Part shown: positions 50,738 through 64,000 of the stretch, in pieces | Layout: each line of letters starts with the position of its first letter | Position numbering within the stretch: position 1 is the stretch's first letter | Assembly (NCBI GenBank): GCA_963693365.1 | Contig: CAVNZM010000012.1 | Location: 2,852,001-2,916,000 of the forward strand | Source of the DNA: Amoebidium appalachense | Taxonomy: Eukaryota > Protista > Ichthyosporea | Direction: 5' to 3' | Length of the DNA: 64,000 nt | Made by a program: the position numbers and the translations under genes | Notes under the pieces: generated by a model | The model's input: the letters and a program-made list of their open reading frames with translations, nothing else | Databases searched by the model: none | Told to the model about the DNA's origin: nothing

Positions 50738-51224
50738 GGGCCCAACCACATCGGCAGAGTCACCTTGCAAAAAGCAGAATCATTCTGCAAAAGCAGAATT
50801 ATTTTGCAAGAAGTGGAACTACTCTGCAAACAGCAGAATTGTTCTGCAAAAGCAGGATAACTCTGCTAGTAGCAGAATCATTCTGCAGAATTATTCTGCT
50901 TTTAGCAGAATTATTCTGCTTTTAGCAGAACTATTCTGCTTTTAGCAGAACCATTTTGCTTTGAAATTCGACAGCAGAATCATTCTGCTGTTAGCAGAGT
51001 ACTATCTGCTTCTAGCAGAATAATTCTGCTTTTAGCAGATTAATTCTGCTTTTGGCAGAATTATTCTGCTGTTTGCAGATTGATTCTGCTTTTAGCAGGT
51101 TAATCCTGGTTCTGCAGAATAATTCTGCTTTTAGCAGAATGATTCTGCTTTTTGCAGAACAAGTATGCTATTTGCAGAATAATTCTGCTCGGAGCAAGTT
51201 GAGTAAGCCGATGTGGTTGGGCCC
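50738..51224. mobile_element. Non-autonomous TIR element filled with ~21 palindromic 19-20-bp repeats
   Basis: 18-bp TIR GGGCCCAACCACATCGGC / GCCGATGTGGTTGGGCCC; internal unit TTTTA-GCAGAATNATTCTGC. Confidence 0.8.
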
Positions 51225-51428
51225 TGGGCGGGAGACGTCCCGCGGCGTAATGGTGCCCGGCCACTTACGTAAGCCAGTGGGTACATAGCCTTGGAGACTA
51301 GTCAAAAAGTGAAATAGTTATGAATCTGAAAGATCCAGTACATGAAAAGGTGGGGTAACTTGAAACAGGAAAATATCATAACAATAACAAGCGATTTGCC
51401 ATCCTGTGTGTGTGTGTATGCGCGTGCA

Positions 51429-51505
<77 letters not shown>

Positions 51506-52414
51506 GGGGGGGGGGGGGGGGGGTTGATCGTAGTGATTGCCATAAAGGGGTAGGAGTTTCCGAATTTAAGATTCTAGCGCTAGAACTATTAGAAAATTTA
51601 AGATTCTAGTGGGCTAGCCCCCAGAACATGTATGAATTTTTTTTTACTTTTGACTGGATTTATACATCCGAGAGATATGAAAGTATGCACAGTATACTTA
51701 CGAGGCAATAAAAAACTTCACGAGTTATCTATCCGGTAACAACGGTGCAAACTGAGATACCTGAACACTGTGTGAAAATCATATAGATACCCATTGTGTC
51801 ACGACCAACAGAATCCAACAAGAAATCTAAAGTATTCACATTGCCAGCCAATGTAGCAGACATCAAAATCACGATTTTTCCCTTTTCCCACGGTGAGCTA
51901 GGGGGGTCTGGATTATTAGCTGGCTAGAGCCAAAACTCACGTAATCTCAAATTCGGCCTAACCCCTGTACGTACGTTTTGCAGACACGCGTGCGGGTAAA
52001 CAATCGTGCACTAAGATTTCACTTAACTGTTCTTTCACGAGTGGGGATAATGGGCACTCGATTGCTAGTTTTTTGTAAGAGATAGGGGTTGGTGTAAGAG
52101 GGTCCCCTACCAGCGAGACTGGAATTAAACGCTCGGCTAAGTGTGTACTAGTAGTTTGGTCTGGTAACGGTGGTTAGCTTATAAGCTGATGGCACCTTTA
52201 ATTTAAGTACTCCCAACTAGGGTACAGCTGGTGCTGTGTGGACGGCGGTAGTTCCTATAAGGCCCCCCTGGTGGAACCCTCAAACCCTCCGGGAACAAAA
52301 CGGGATAAAATAAAAAAGGTGTAAATTTATGACATGTGTAGTCCCGAATGGAGGGTGCTGGTCTGGCAGATACCAAATATTTGTGCTTAAGTTTGGCTAC
52401 AATAATCCTATGTT

Positions 52415-52449
<35 letters not shown>

Positions 52450-52697
52450 TTTATAAAAACCTATTAGTTTAGTGATAACTAGGACGTTGTGTAGGTGGCG
52501 GGAATCGAATAATGAGGGGTAGGGTAATGCAGTGTGTGTATGTATCACGTGTGCGCGGTGCGTCCCCGTGTTTATAATACATAGTGACACGTGTATGTGC
52601 GGCCGTATGTGTGTTTGAGTAACTAACGAAGTCTGAATCATGCACGCTCAGGCTATGTTTGTGCTACTGCCACATATCCATACGGATACTATAACGG

Positions 52698-52746
<49 letters not shown>

Positions 52747-53153
52747 GGAGGAGGGGGTGGGGAAGGGGAGGGGGGAGGGTGTACATGGCCCCAATAAAGG
52801 ACTTCAAATCCACAGTTGTCGTTTCCCTCACGATGAAGATAGTTTTTCATGCGACACAGTCACAGCTTTTCATCCCTACATACTGATAATCTCTCACATA
52901 TGGGGAGGATTACCCGACATGCAGAGACATGCACGTGCACGGCAAAACATATATTCTGTGGCGGTCTTATTCACCGCCGCTCAATTCTTGCGTTGACCCC
53001 ATATATGGAGGATAAGTTAAGCACATGTATAACTGTTTGGTAAATAGTAAATGGCATATTACAGCTATCAAAAAGTATACATACAATGGTGTGCTACATT
53101 CACCACATAATTCGCGCGACATGGAAATATATCCGAAATTTTCATTTGAAAAT

Positions 53154-62059
<8,906 letters not shown>

Positions 62060-63146
62060 CTTCGTTCCTTTTTGCTGTACTACATCTACTTCGTGATGGC
62101 TTTATTTGGTCGTATTGCTCCATATGAGTTCTACTCAATAGCAGTATGGTTGTTTATGTCTTCACTATTGTCTGAAAATTACTTTTCAATGACCGCCACT
62201 CAGTCGTCCGAGAAAGCTGACCGGACTCAACATGGGACTACTCGAGCACGTACCTGATTTCACATCGGCTTAACAGTTATACACAATCTAATCACTCACT
62301 CGGTTGCCTTTTCACACAAGTGGGCTATGTGGTGAAAAGAAATTGCCTGGAGGTGAAATGTGAAGGAGTCCCAGCCAGCACCCACATTACAGAGTACCGA
62401 GGCTCCACAATGTCAATATTTGTGGAACTTGCTACCTAATCAGTTGAACACGAATCACAAACTTGCTCACAACTGGCACACCCTTGATCGTGTCACAAAC
62501 GTACTGGTGTTCTGCCCGCATATGTAGCCAATGTCACATCAGTCTATCAGCAGTGCATCAAGCGCACAAGCCAAGGTTGGCTCGCAGGCGTACCAATTTT
62601 GTGTTGATGGACGGTGTTTCGGGTTTGCCTGGGTGCCCGGGAATAGATCTCGCCATTTCAGGATACGTGACTCTAACCGAATCAAAGCACGCTTCAAGAT
62701 AGACTATGATTGTAAACCAATGAAATGTGCTCAACCAAAAGCCCTGTCCGGGAAAAAGTCACATTGAATCTCTGAAGACTCCGCTGTGCATGTGTATTTA
62801 TCTTTCGTCACTACACTTTTGTGCCTTATTCCTGTGTCTGTTTATTCACAATACAAGATTTGTTTAGACAACCAAATGAACCTATGTAATTGTTCTTGTG
62901 CTCGCTTCTACCGCTCATCGATCTGCAGCACAAGCTGCACAACGGTTACAGAGCACATTCAGATCTGCCCACTGGGCCCTTGCAAAAATATTCCGAATAT
63001 CTTTTGATATTCAGGGGCCAATACGAGTAAACATCTTTGCCTCGAGTAAACAGCATAAACCCGAATTCGATATATGATATATCTCGTGATATTCAGGGGT
63101 TAGGCAGGATATATCGAATGATATTCGGCGGTCATTGGAACATTAA

Positions 63147-63870
63147 CGCCCGGTTTTTCTCGCTCTCGGGGTCTTCTGCAGGGGTCCCTCGATCCTGAGT
63201 CCGTTGTTGTTTGACGTTTTCATCGACGATTTAGCCTGCGCCCTCGAACCTTTTGGCCAACTGCATACCCGCCGTGTACCGGGTCTCCTTTTTGCGGACG
63301 ATATTGTTCTTTGTTCCTTAACCGAAGACGTCATGCACCAGATGCTTCGTCAGTTGGATCAATGGTGCACCGCGAGAATCTGTCGGAATTGCAAAGTGTG
63401 CTACTTTTTCGAAAAACGCTTCCTTTCGATTGGCCGGTCTTCCTATTCCTGTTCAGAGCACCTATGACTATTTGGGCATTCCTTTTACTGCACGGGGTAT
63501 TGATTTCTGCAAGCTCCTCACGGCACGGATCGCTCGTGCGAAGGGTAAGCTTCACATCGTGTCAAATATGTTTCAACGGGAGTCTGTGATCCATCCTGCG
63601 AACCTTCTTCTCTACTATAAAACTTTTTTACGGCTGACTTTCGAATATGGACTTCCGCTATTAGCCTGCGCCCCACCTCGCGAGGCGGCCGTGGCGCTGA
63701 AAGAGTTCGACGATTTTCAGGGTACTCCGCTGCGCACTTTGTTTCGTACTCGGTTAAATTTGTGCCTCCCTTAATCAGTATGTTTGGATTGTCGTCTGCT
63801 GTTTGTCGTATGGAGGAATTGTCTCTTCGTTTTTGTTTTCATTTAGTTAGGATACCTGATGGTCACCCTC
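63147..63870 (+). mobile_element. Truncated, frameshifted non-LTR retrotransposon (LINE) reverse transcriptase
   Basis: GLLQGS..LSPLLFDVFIDDL..GLLFADDIVL..QLDQWC (63204-63467 frame), then TYDYLGIPF..YKTFLR..FEYGL (63430-63774 frame). Confidence 0.9.
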
Positions 63871-64000
63871 TTTATGCTTTCTCCCCCCCCCTCCCTCCAT
63901 CCCTCTTCCCCCCCGATTCACCAACGCCACTTCTGAATGTCCTCATGAGCCTACCCTCTTTCAACCTGATTCTTCCCCTCGCTATCTCACTCCCTTTTTC

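Noticed and set aside
50767-51190. Regular palindromic repeats resembling a CRISPR array
   Set aside because: No unique spacers (4-5-nt linkers only), enclosed by TIRs, eukaryotic context, no cas genes.
51910-52408. Possible degenerate TIR pair (GGATTATT..AGCCAAAACT / AGTTTGGCTACAATAATCC)
   Set aside because: Gapped short match with no TSD; too weak to call.
62531-62767. ORF with CVDGRCFGFAWVPGNR, vaguely PAN/apple-like
   Set aside because: The cysteine pattern is incomplete and there is no exon structure.

Overview
Eukaryotic genomic DNA with spliceosomal GT-AG introns of 0.5-2.4 kb. The introns are packed with (CA)n/(GT)n, (CT)n/(GA)n and long C/G homopolymers, so most entries in the ORF track are repeat artefacts. 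The gene set and intron-rich structure suggest an animal-related protist such as an ichthyosporean or choanoflagellate; this is inference only. Five intact multi-exon genes were assembled by hand with consistent splice phases: LSm4 (-), COMMD7 (+, head-to-head with LSm4), a Cof-type HAD-IIB hydrolase (+), a rolling-stone/FAR-17a-AIG1-like membrane protein (+), and a proteinase-K-like S8 subtilase with a probable GPI signal (-). Also present are a decayed HYR-repeat pseudogene, a chimeric locus (paralog exon, orphan exon, Ty3/Gypsy chromovirus integrase and LTR), a LINE RT fragment and three non-autonomous inverted-repeat elements. The most notable patterns are (CA)n or C tracts replacing the usual U-rich polypyrimidine tract at many 3' splice sites, repeated duplications centred on exon-intron junctions, and an unclassified ~100-nt dispersed module. 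No CRISPR array, rRNA or convincing tRNA was seen.
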